64,000 nucleotides of DNA, taken from Dimorphilus gyrociliatus. Lineage: Eukaryota; Animalia; Annelida. A program made the translations under genes and the position numbers. The notes below the pieces were generated by a model. It saw only the letters and a program-made list of their open reading frames with translations. It did not search any database and had not been told where the DNA came from. The first letter of the stretch is position 1. Each line of letters opens with the position of its first letter. This document shows, piece by piece, positions 37,693-49,553 of the stretch. The stretch lies in assembly GCA_904063045.1 (NCBI GenBank), contig CAJFCJ010000019.1, positions 496,001 to 560,000 of the forward strand, written 5' to 3'.

Positions 37693-38148
37693 ATGCAAGA
37701 AGCAGCTCAGAAACTCAGCGTCGTAGGACGTTTTTACATATATGCTTTACATGGATATTTTGTTGAAGTTATGTTTACTGCTGGCTGGGAATTTGTTGTA
37801 AATTATAATTGGAAATTTCCGGGAAATACATCCATTTGGTCATTATTAATTTATGGAACATCCCTCCTTGTTATAGAAAATATGTATAGGAAAATGAGAA
37901 ACAAAGTACCCTTACCTATAAGGGCACTAATTTATTTATTGTGGACGTATATATGGGAATATATTTGCGGTTATGTTTTACAAACATTTAATGCATGCCC
38001 CTGGAATTATTCACAATTTGACTACAATTTTCACGGATTAATTACTTTTGAATACGCACCAGCTTGGTATTTGGGAGCGATATTTGCGGAGAAAGTTATT
38101 ATTCCGTTAACGTTGCAACTCGCTTGGCATAAGCCAAAAACGAAATAA
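37693..38148 (+). CDS. TMEM229B: Transmembrane protein 229B-like, single exon
   Basis: RFYIYALHGYFVEVMFTAGWEF...FPGNTSIWSLLIYG...WEYICGYVLQTFNACPWNYSQFDYNFHGLITFEYAPAWY matches the family. Confidence 0.88.
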   Translation: MQEAAQKLSVVGRFYIYALHGYFVEVMFTAGWEFVVNYNWKFPGNTSIWSLLIYGTSLLVIENMYRKMRNKVPLPIRALIYLLWTYIWEYICGYVLQTFNACPWNYSQFDYNFHGLITFEYAPAWYLGAIFAEKVIIPLTLQLAWHKPKTK

Positions 38149-38349
38149 AATTAAATCTATCTGATCATAAGTCAGCTCACGTTTATTTCGAATAATTCAG
38201 AGTCAAATATTTTGCTATAAAGAAACAATTTTTTTTCAGTAAAGAAAAAAAAGCTTTAATGATTTGGGCGTAAGATAAATTGCTATCGAATGTGATATTC
38301 AAATTTTTCGCACGACTACAGCAGCTGTTGTTTGTCTGTATGCGGGAAA

Positions 38350-40129
38350 TTATGCGCTAATCGTTCCATTTGTTAATCGAAGCTTTCCTTTATTACCGTC
38401 TTGAAAACACATGAGGGTAATACAACCTTCGGTTCCTTCGTAACGATATCTATTTGCGAAGTTGTTTGTAAAGTGAAAACGATTAGTAGCTTATCAAGTT
38501 TACTACTTAATACACTTACTGTTCATTTATAGGTACCAAAAGAGAATCATCTTGTTTCAGACTGTGAGTTACACCAGAGGTTGTTATTTCGCAACTTCCC
38601 TCCTTAAATTAAATATATATGCATATTTATTTATTCACGTATAATTATCACATTTAATTAATTTGTAATAAACAACTCACAATAACCCAAAACCAAGTTT
38701 CCGCAATATCACACCGGTCGGTTATCTTTAAGGCAGAATAGGCAAAAACTTGAAATTGAAAATCTTCATCAAACATCCGCTTGTATTGATGTGACTCGAT
38801 ATCTTTTCTATTATCTTCTATCCATTGTCGTAAATCAAATGGTTCAATAACAGTTGAATCTTCATCCAACTCGAACACTGATTTACCAAGAGAACCGGGA
38901 ATTGGGCGACCTGTTTTATGCTGTTCAGAAGCGAAATACCTTGAAAATGGAAAATAATATGTTTTCTAATATTGAGAGAATATCGTCCCGGAAAAATTCA
39001 ATAAAGTTATTACTCTGCAATAATGGGGCCTAATTTTTCCAAATCATCACAATAGAACCATTTCTCGTAGAGAATATCGTTCGTAGGTTTACCATCATTT
39101 TCAACAAAGTATCTACAACAAATTCGAAATAGAATGAATAAACGCTTATCGAGAGCATAACATATTTAATTCGTATCGCATTACCTCAACGCGTCTAGTT
39201 CACTTTTCGTTTTATCCCTCTCTCGTTCCAATACTATTCCTATAGTATTTTCGAATCGTTGAGGCGAATGCGGTATGCAGGCAGGCAGCAAGAAGATCTG
39301 TGCGTAAGTATAGCATAGCATTAAAAAAACAGAAAACATAACTCGGCCTATTATAACTATCGAATCAAACCTGGCCTTGTTTGATAATAATATCTCGATG
39401 CCGACCTTTTTCCAAGATTTTTAGGCACATATCGCCCTTAATCTGATAAAACAGCTCTTCTCCAGCCTCAATATGAAAATCCTTTCGAACGTTCGGTCCT
39501 CCAACGCAAAATATCTTTAGTTGGCCATCCTTGTGTCTAAATAAATACGAAAAGTGATAAGAAGCAACGGCATTTTTAATCAATTGTCAAGAATTGTTTT
39601 TCACGTAGGAATTGTACGAGTTGAAGGACTAGTTTATACAGATGCATAAAAAACTATAGGCTTAAGATTGAAAACTTTTAGCACGTATCTTATGTAAGAA
39701 AAAATATATACTGTAGAAATAAGAGATAATTCGAAAAGAGTGGAAGAGAGATGTTTTCGAGAAGGGAGTGGAAGAAAAAGAAAAAAAATCTCTCTTTTTT
39801 TTTTCTTTTCCATTATTTTTTACTTTAAATGAAACAGATCAATTTTATTGTAGGTTGGAGTATTTACCTAAAATATATAGACTATTATTTAAAGAATATA
39901 AAGAGAATGAATAGCGTATGAGCACGAAAGATCGAAAAAATGGTCAATTTTGTTTTATTTATTTGGAAATTCAAGGCACAAAAAAAAAATTGAACGAGGT
40001 CATCAGAAGAAGAAAATAAATATAAAAATCTAAATGCTCAACTTACATGCTTTTATTGCAGACTGGTGGTTTAAAATACTTCTTATTCTCTTCAATCCAA
40101 TTTCCGACGTTTACTGGTTTATTCGACAT
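38350..40129 (-). CDS. HAAO: 3-hydroxyanthranilate 3,4-dioxygenase (kynurenine/NAD pathway), multi-exon
   Basis: [28 protein letters not shown]|[36 protein letters not shown]...|[15 protein letters not shown]...; the Fe-ligand His/Glu/His residues are present. Confidence 0.93.
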
Positions 40130-40237
40130 TTTCAAAGAAAGAGTTTAAACGAAACTTGCTTAAAATCTTCTATATTCAAATTAAAGTTGAACGGTTGATG
40201 AGGTGAAGAAATTCGTAAACCAAGGAGGGAAATAGTG

Positions 40238-40310
40238 ATAAACAGATAGATAGATAGAGATAGAGAGATAGGAGGAGAGAGAGAGGAGAGAGTGAGAACG
40301 CAAGAGAGAC
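40238..40310. repeat. GATA/GA low-complexity repeat
   Basis: Visible GATA and GA runs. Confidence 0.7.
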
Positions 40311-40608
40311 TTGAAGGCTAAGTGTAGAAACGTAGGTTACGTCGGAATGACCTAGTGAACTGCGCTGGCTGCCTTCTATAGGAACAATGAAAAAGTGCTG
40401 CTTGCTTCTACTGCCCTCTATAATTTCTAAAAGTGTGCAATTTTTAAACGGATGATATGATAACAATATAGACCAAGTCTTATTTGATTGCAATGCTTTT
40501 ATTAGCATACTCTTAAAGTTCAATAAATTTTTTTTTTTTGATAAGAAACTCATTCTCCAAGTGATTTTACGGCTTTCTCATTGTTTTCCAGGAAATTTTT
40601 CCATCCTA

Positions 40609-41491
40609 TTAACCTTTTCTCTTGCGTTTACTTCTATTCCTCTTTTTCTTATTTCGTTTCTTTTTACCATTAATTTTACGGTTAGCCTTTTTAGGTTTCT
40701 TTATCATTTTCGGTTTTCCCGAACGATTCTTAAGCTCTCGTAGAAGTTTCCTGATTCTTTGTTGTAAACCGGATTTTCTCTTTTTGCATTTTGCTTTGGA
40801 ACTAATTACCTTTATTTTCCGATTACCCTTTTTCAGACGATGGATACAGGAGACCCTCTAAACATACGAAAAAAGAAAGGGAAGAAAATGTTTTCTTAGC
40901 TGCAAATTTTTTATTGGCGATAATATTTTGTACACTCTTATACTTGGAGTAAACAGCGTTTCCTATACGTTTTACAATCAGAACCAATCACTCTTCCAAA
41001 AGGTTTATTTTTGCAGTAGAACCTACTTGGACATTGGCAAATTGGAAAACCTTGAATATTTATCGTACAAACTTGCTCCTTCTTACAAACGATGTTTCTA
41101 CACGACGAATCTGTATATGTTTAAAACATTTAGAGATGAAAGACAGCTGTAAAAAACAGGAGAAGAAGAAGAAGAAGGAAAGAGTAAAAAAAAATCAAGA
41201 AGATATAATATGAGAATTCTCTCTTTTATGCCTTTATAACATCAAAAAAGAAACTACAAACACAAAAATTCCCTTACTCGATACTGTAAATGTAGTTAAT
41301 GGTTTGACGTCACCAGTACGATGGCAAATCCAACAACAGTCGCATTTGTCTTTTTCCAAGCGTCCATCGTAACAATCTGATTCTGTTAAATTCTTACATA
41401 ATTTTTCATTGCAAATCGTACATAAATGATCGTTGTAGAATTTCTCGCTGCAACTTAAATGCAAGAGAAGAAATACCAGATAAATCCTCAT
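40609..41491 (-). CDS. Secreted 209-aa protein: signal peptide, IGFBP-N-like Cys cluster, follistatin-N plus Kazal module, polybasic tail; 3 exons (41491-41278, 41110-40944, 40857-40609)
   Basis: MRIYLVFLLLHLSCS; CTICNEKLCKNLTESDCYDGRLEKDKCDCCWIC; SCRNIVCKKEQVCTINIQGFPICQCPSRFYC...VIGSDCKTYRKRCLLQ|RVSCIHR...KIKVISSKAKC; ends KKKRNKKKRNRSKRKRKG*. Confidence 0.8.
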
Positions 41492-42745
41492 CGTCTTCCC
41501 ATCCACCCCCTTTCTTTTCTTAACTATATCGATTGCTTTTACTTCCTTCCAGTCAGAATAATTGAGTAGTTGCACCCACGAAGGGTTGCACTCCTTCGAA
41601 CTTTCTAATACATAATAGTAAAAAAAAGCTTAATACAATATTTTCTCTAAAGTATAGGCTTTCGATTATTGAAAAGGTTATATTGTTTATATTCAAGGTG
41701 TACGCGTGTGTTTCTTCATCTTATTTGCATGACATAAAATTTGACGAATCCCAGATGTCAGCGTAACCTTTGTAGGCCTATTTTAAAGGCAATATTGACG
41801 GATGAGTATTGTTGTTTAATCACGTATAAACTTTCAGGCATGTTTAACAATACTTTATTGTAAAAAAAAGGGGTAAACTAAACCTTCCTATTCTACTTAA
41901 TTTCATTATTAGGATATTAAACGGCTCTCTCCATTTTAGTCTCATGTTTTCTTAAAAGAAAAAGAGTGGACTATTTAAGTTTAACTGAGAGTTTACTTAC
42001 AATACATAAATTTATACTATATACATAAACAGTGGATGAACTTTAGGCCTTTACTATAATTGTTCTTTTTCTATTTAAAAATAAATAGATTGTATTCAAA
42101 GTGCATCGTAATAATTCAACAAAAAAAAAAAAAAGAAATTAAATAACTAGAACTATGATCTCCATTTGTCAATTTAATAGTCTTTTTTTTTGTATACTAT
42201 TAATCTTTTGTAAATTTTTGATAAAGATTCCCATATCATATTATTCATATTCATATAGATGAACAGTATAAGCGCCATCTCTCTCATATTTTTCAATATT
42301 TTAAATAAGAATGAAACGCCATAAAGTACGTACGTTGTAACATATATAACCTAGAATTAATTATTAATAAGGAAAGATCTAAATTAAGGTGTAATTTTCA
42401 ATTAGTTAATGGATATTGAATAAATAAAATTGATTAACAGAACTCTTTTGATACAGGGCCAAAATTTTCTTTCTCTATTTTTTTTATTAGGTCAAACAAA
42501 CTGGCTGTAACATAAACATAATAGCAACAATATATAACAAACAAGAAATAAAATGCAAACCGTTTAATTGCTTTAAGAAATGGATAAAAAAATTACAAAC
42601 TATGTATTAGGGTATTAGATGGATAAGTTAAACAATAAAAAACAACAAAAATTAAGTAAACAATTAGCTTATTAGTTTATAATTAATAATAAAAAGTTTG
42701 TAAACGATATAAAAATGATTTGCTAATGTTTGCTATCCTTATAAA

Positions 42746-45011
42746 TTATTGAATGTCTTTTTCGTTTGGTTTCTTTTTTGATACAAGTTTCATAACGTTT
42801 AAAAACATCTCTTTATCGCTGATAAATTTATCTTCTTTAACTTTTTCCACTATAGGTAGCTTTTTAACTCTTCTTCTTTTCGCCGGAGGAAGAGGGAGCG
42901 GTGGAGTTGCTCCGCGAGCTGATCTCTTTATCTGTTTTGGTCTTGGTGGGCTCAATTCGACGGGATATTTTTTTCTCTGACTTCCCTTACTCTTGTCTTT
43001 CGATGTGGAAAAATTAGAATGTGAAGGGCGTAGACTGCCACACTTTGGAGAATCAAATGTAACTTGATTTCTCCAACTGCCCTCGTAACAAAACCCAGTA
43101 AGCGTTTTAATTTCATCCATGGATGGCCAAAATAAACTAGTGTGTTCGTGAGTTCTCTTAGAATTTCTATATTCCCAACAGCAAATTGTTTGTTGCATTA
43201 GATGTCTGCAGCAGTCCTCAAAAAATTTTGTATATATTTCGCATGTCATCACGAAACGAATATCAAAATAGACAGTTATCATTTCCATCCACATATCCTG
43301 AATACGATAAGGACATGATTCTTTCGGAAAATCAAATAGAACTACGTAGCGAACCTAGAATATGAAAAAAAGAACGGATTTAATAAATCAATTATACGTC
43401 TGTATGCGACAAGTTAACCTGTTCCCGTATAACGCCTTTAAATTGGATTTGTTGAATGTAGTAGAGACGCTGTAGGACGTAATAACAAGCATTAACTATA
43501 ATCATTACCAAATCCTTGCAAGCTTTACTGCTATTTAAAGCTTCTAAGCAATCATTAATAAGACGTTCCATGGTCATCTTGTATGACAATAGTTTAAGAG
43601 AATGAATTGCTCTGTTATAGCCGTAGTATTCAATATCGTCAGGAATGGGAAGAACTATAAGCGTCTCCTCTTCACTTAAATTAATGCCAACTTTTAAGGG
43701 TAATTCATCATAGAGGTTGTAAACGAATTTCTCTGTCTTATTTAAATTCTTATAATGATTCCCCTTTTCTATAGTTTTATGAAATAATAAGCGATCTTCC
43801 GGTTTCCAATCATTGGAAGTTTTCATCGAAATTCCATTTCTTGGGGAGAAAACAATATCAAAATCTTTTGACTTGTCGTTAATGATAGTATTCGAGGTTT
43901 TCGTTTGTCCTTTTGTATAATCGAATAGAGAAATCTGTTTTACGTTATCATTTTCAAACTCGTAATCAATAGTTGCAACAAGTTCGGTCGATGGTTTAAA
44001 AGATAAATAGGGATTTGTTGGCAATTTAAAGAGATATTTAGCGGATTTTTTACACTCCGGCGGACCTTCATCCCTTAAATTGCGTTCGTGTTGTTTTTGA
44101 ACTCTTGCCAATAGTTTATTGATTATTTGTTTGGTTTCGATTTTCTAAAAAATTCGTTTAAATAAGCAAAAATGATAAGATAATTTAAGATTATAAAAGG
44201 CTAGACAGCAGCCAATCATGCTACCTTATTACTGTAGACATTGGATTTATTAAATAAATTCTTTGAGTTTGGTGAATTCTTCCTCTTCGTTAGAATTTGC
44301 TAGAAAAATCGTTTAGGTAATAAACCAATTAGATATATCATTAATTTTTTTTATATAATAATCGATAATTTTAATTAGTTAGAGAAATCGTTTACAAACT
44401 TTTCCTGAATCGTTAGTGTCCTGTAAGATAACAACTTTGATTTGTCCCTGTTCTTGACTAAGACGGGCACTCACTTTCGGAGAGGACAGGGAACTGTCGT
44501 TGTTCGGTAATATCTATCAACCAATTTAAGCGAATTACTTGTTAATCAAATGTTAGTATTATTCGAGATAGTTTGAAGATTTAAAAATAAAATACCTTCA
44601 ATGGTATTGAAATTGGTAATACTGTCTTAGGAGATTTTGAAATAGGCCTAGGCTTTTTCTCGGGTCTTTCAACAACCTTAACGATTGTAGGACGATGGAA
44701 ATATCGAATATTATTTGCCAAAAATGGCATAAATTTTGAATAACAATGATCTTTTCGATATGTGGGTATTTTCGTCTTGTTTTTGAGTTGTAGGAGTTTA
44801 TAATTAATAGAGAATTAAATGGAAATTAACATACTTTTTCACTATCAAATTCGTTAGCACTTTGTCGATTAGTAACATTCTGAAAATTCGATCCATCCTC
44901 ATTATCGGTCTCGATAATAACACCTTCGGATACACTTTCTATTTCAGAGTAGGCTAAAAATTTCTCACTTAGTTCTTTTTGTAAAATTGTTACTGATGAA
45001 TTAGATTCCAT
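42746..45011 (-). CDS. Uncharacterised multi-exon protein (disordered N-terminus, helical Cys-containing core, basic C-terminal patch)
   Basis: Long minus-strand ORFs 44826-45011, 43392-44111 and 42746-43294 are joined by GT-AG introns (e.g. ...VIREQ|VRYVVLFDFP...). No family recognised; 5' exon boundaries are uncertain. Confidence 0.6.
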
Positions 45012-45425
45012 ATTCTAAAAATATCAAATAATATTAAAATTCACCCCTTCATTGTCGATCGTTTGTCAAATTATCGATATGAATCTAAACTTCAAATATT
45101 CTATAGATACAATATAGTTTTACTTTAACGTAAAAGTTGATGAAATAATAATTATGTCTCTTATTTTATCGATGTAACGCTTAGCTTAAATAATAATAAA
45201 AAAATAAGTAAACTATTTAATGGATTAACTTTAAATTGATGGAAAATTTTTAAATTTTAGCCAAATACTTCTAAGTCGACTTAATTAATTCTTTAGTGCA
45301 AAAGCTTAATTATTATTTTATAATTACAAGTAAACTATATATAATTAATCAAAAGAACAATTTTTACCCCCAAATAGAATCGTATAAAAATGAATTGAAA
45401 TAACGTTCTGCAAAAAAAAGGCACA

Positions 45426-45442
45426 CAGGAAGTGACGTCACT
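45426..45442. promoter_or_regulatory. Overlapping ETS-CRE element CAGGAAGTGACGTCACT (contains the 12-bp palindrome AGTGACGTCACT)
   Basis: Read directly, about 420 bp upstream of the 45011 ATG; resembles the mammalian ETS-CRE composite promoter motif. Confidence 0.5.
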
Positions 45443-45801
45443 AAAAGAAATTAGTTCGCGTTTGTCAATGTTAATTAAATTAAAAATTTTTTGTAAATTA
45501 ATAATTATTTTAAATTGCAAACGTTAGAACTATTTATGCTTTTATATATTAATTTAATTTAAAATAATTTTCAACTCGTTAAGAATTTGGGGGAAAGAAA
45601 TTGGAACTAAGCGCGCATCTTAGAAGTTTGTCCCTTTTAATATACTATTGAAAGTAGAGAGATGTAATTGAAGATTTTTCTTTATGTATGTACAATTAAC
45701 GTTCTTCAAAAGATGTTTTATGAAGCATACATATATAGTATTTTATCTTCTAATTCTTGAAAGAAAGACCAAATATAGATTTATAAATATGTTTATTTTT
45801 A

Positions 45802-48493
45802 TTATTTCGTATTCTCTTGCTGCTCAAAAGAAGGATACGACTCGATAACGTCTTTCCATGTTCTCTTATTTAAAGATAAATCCCTAATAATTTCTGGCAA
45901 TTCAAGCATCTTAAAAAAGAAATTGAAAAAAATATATTAATACAATTTTGTTGAAGTAATTGAAAATTGAAAACCTACAGATGCTCGAATTTGCTTCCTA
46001 GTGTCTCTTTCTCGTAATGTTGCTGTATGAGGTTCCTTTAGAGAATCGAAATCTACTGTTATGCCAAAGGGAATAGCTATCTGATCAGTTCTTGCATAAC
46101 GACGGCCAATTGCAGTAGAGCTTGTATCCACTTTGTGAGAAACGCCGACTCTTGTTAGGTTTTTGGCTAGATAAGATGAGAGAGATAAATCAAGTATTAT
46201 CAAATAAGGACTACTTACATAACTCCTTAATGAAAGGTTGAAATTCTGCGTTATTACTTAAAGGTAACACAGAGCATTTATATGGTGCAATTGCTGGAGG
46301 CAGTGTCAAGTACTGAAAGATCAAAAATTATTAATAATTTTATCAGAAACAATTTAAATTAAAATTTACAGTTCGCTGCTCATCTCCTTCTCTAATCTTA
46401 AAATTATGCTCGAACAATGCATACATTAGCCTACCAATACCAAATGAAGGCTCAACAACACTCGGGGTAAATTCTTCAACTGGAATATAAGTATAAAAGA
46501 TATAGAAAAAATAATAATAAAAATATAAACAAACCATGAATAGTTTTCTTATATCTTTTAACCTCTACAGTGGTTGTGTCGATTTCAAATGTTACACCAT
46601 TGGCTGCTAAAGAGTGACTTCCTTTTGACGATAGATTATTAGCCACTTCCTCTACTTCTGAAGCCGATAAGGATGCCAATGTTTGTTGAACAAGTTTAGA
46701 ATCTTTTTTGAAGCGTTTACCAATAGTAGCTTTAATGGGATTAACCTGTTCGACGCAAAAATGTGTTTAAATGATTAATCCACTAATGAGCATTGATTTC
46801 ACAAAGACATTACCTCGACAATAGACCTCTCAGTAGGTTTAGCTAGACTTCTCTCAGCAACTAATTTTATGCCCGTTGCCTTCGAATGCTGGAGAAGATC
46901 AAAACAGCTTCTATCGGCGCATCCAACACATTCAACCCACCCGTAAGTAGTTTTTACTTCAGCATCCCAACAATCCTTAGCATAGTGAGCCATTTCGTTT
47001 GATAGATGTTGCCTGAATCGGATCTTTTTAGGATCTAGGCCAATATGAACCATAAACAAGTAAATTCTTCCAAGAAAGTATGCCAGGGTTTCGTTTGATA
47101 TTAATTCATCCTTTAAAGCTTGTTGTAATGTCATTTCTGCTGGTAATTTCCCGTCCATTTGAGCACAGGCACTATACAAGGGTACTTTAACATCGCTCAC
47201 TGAATCAAATTTGGGATGGGTTTTGTTACTAGGGTCAACGAAATGCTCAATTTCCGCCATTGTAAATTCTCTTACTCTTATAAGACCAGATCTTGGCGAT
47301 ATTTCGTTACGAAAAGCGTTACCGATTTGAGCGGCAGCAAAAGGTAGTTTACCAGCGTTAAAGTCCAAAAGTCTTTTGAAATTAACGAAAATACCCTGTG
47401 CAGTTTCGGGACGAAGGAAACCTTTGATTTTAGCAGCTGGTCCAATCGATGTCTCAAACATTAAATTAAAATCTAATGGCTCAGAAAGTGCACTACCAGT
47501 GCTTGGAGACTTGATTGAATATTTTTCTATAACATTTTTCATCTCCTCTTTAGACATGGACTCAACGAGAGGAATAAGCTTTTGTAGCTCTTGCTTCTTT
47601 TCAACAGAAATTTTTTTATCAGTTAACATTTTTTCTATTGCAGCATTAATTAGATGATCTGCTCTAAAACATTCTCCACTCACTAAATCTTTAATCATTG
47701 TATCAGCAAATCTTTCGGCGTGGCCTGAAGCTCTAAAAAAATATAAAATTTATAATAAATTTTGGTCACGAAATTGAAAAAAATCTTACTTTAAAACAGA
47801 CTCAGGAGTTAGCATGCTACAATCAACTTCTAACATTTGTTCCTCAAGGACAAACATATCCCTCCAAGCCTGAATTAAGTTTGTTTTCACCATACAGCCC
47901 ATCGGTCCAAAGTCATATAAACCAGTAATACCACCATAAATAGAAAAGCTCATGTCATAGAAAAATCTTTGTTTTAATAAATCTTCCAACTTGGCTCTAT
48001 CAATTTGATCCCCCTCTTCCACTTTGGATATTTCTAACAACTGTAATATTATTTTATTTATATGTTGTAGACCAATGTACAAGAAGAAAAACATGAACCT
48101 TATCCTCAAGTTTTTTCTTTCTAGCCTTTAATTCAGTTACCGCGAGTTTGATGTCATTTTCTGCGGCTTTATCAGCTTTTAGCTGACGAACAAGATCACC
48201 CTTGGAGAGTATGTTTTATTAATAAAAAATTTAGAGATAGCTGCAAAATATTTTACTTGTTCCTTAACAGAAGCCTGTAAGGGAGCCAACATTTCTTGAT
48301 GTGCCGGGTCATTCATGTTATGTATTCTAATCAAAGCGGATTCAAGTAATTTCTTGCTAAATTTTTTTTGACACAGAGAGCTATTCAGAGATGAAAAAGA
48401 TTGAAATCTAAATATTGCAAGCTTAGATTTATAAATTGATAAATGCGGTACTTTTCTAAGTAAACTGATCGATTTTAGAAAAACTCTTTGCAT
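45802..48493 (-). CDS. GARS1: Glycyl-tRNA synthetase (homodimeric class II) with WHEP domain and mitochondrial presequence, multi-exon
   Basis: [108 protein letters not shown]. Confidence 0.96.
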
Positions 48494-48705
48494 GCCACGC
48501 TTAGCGGAAGTTGGGTACTTTGTTGACAGAATTTTTCGTAATTTTCTCGAAATTTTAATAATAATATTGTGGAATATGCTTTAAAAAAGATTTCTTACCA
48601 ATACAAGAGCGTAAAAGATTAAATTCGTAAATGTATTAAAAATTCGTGCGGCGCTCTTGTGTGCGGTCCTGTGAATCACTGAAAATATTACTTTGGGGCG
48701 TTAAA

Positions 48706-49390
48706 ATGGTAAATTTCATTTATTTCACTGTCAATCGCTGGATTATGTTGAATTATACACTATTCATATTCTTGTTAACTAAATTGAATGACTTAATAAT
48801 GAATTTTTTATATTTAAAGTTATTAAATGAATGTTTCTCTCATTTGGTAGATCCGATTCATACTCATTCAGAACCGTGCCGGCAAAACTCGATTGGCAAA
48901 ATGGTACATGCACTTTGACGATGATGAAAAGCAAAAACTGATTGAGGAGGTTCATGCTGTCGTAACTGTTAGAGATGCTAAACATACGAATTTCGTCGAG
49001 GTATCTCATTTCATCACTAACTTATCAAGTCATCTTTTTAAATTGTTTCTATTGTACAGTTCAGAAATTTCAAAATCGTGTATAGACGCTATGCTGGATT
49101 ATACTTCTGTATTTGTGTCGATGTTAGCGACAATAACTTAGCATATCTCGAAGCAATTCATAACTTCGTCGAAGTACTAAACGAATACTTCCATAACGTT
49201 TGCGAGTTAGACCTGGTGTTCAACTTTTACAAGGTTTGACACATGTTTTCACGAAAACAACTATCCATACTGTTATATTTCACTCCAGGTTTACAGTGTC
49301 GTTGATGAAATGTTCCTGGCCGGAGAAATCCGCGAAACTAGTCAAACGAAGGTTTTGAAACAGTTAATGACTCTTTCATCTCTAGAATAA
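48706..49390 (+). CDS. AP2S1: AP-2 complex sigma subunit, 4 exons (exon 1 contributes only the ATG)
   Basis: M|[50 protein letters not shown]|[16 protein letters not shown]...[10 protein letters not shown]|[26 protein letters not shown]. Confidence 0.97.
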
Positions 49391-49553
49391 TTTAGTAGTT
49401 CTTAGATACTCATTTGAATTTATTAATAGAACTTAAAACAATATAATCGAATATTTCCATAGCAACGCAATAGGAAAAATGGCGAAAGGAGAAAAACATA
49501 ATAAATACGTAACAGCGATCATGACACAATTTTCTAATATTTAACCAAACGCG

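Noticed and set aside
40935-40945. Apparent in-frame TAA in the Kazal domain (CLLQV*EC), suggesting a pseudogene or readthrough
   Set aside because: The TAA lies inside an intron (CAA|GTATAAG...TTTAG|AGG). Splicing restores CLLQ|RVSC and the remaining Kazal cysteines.
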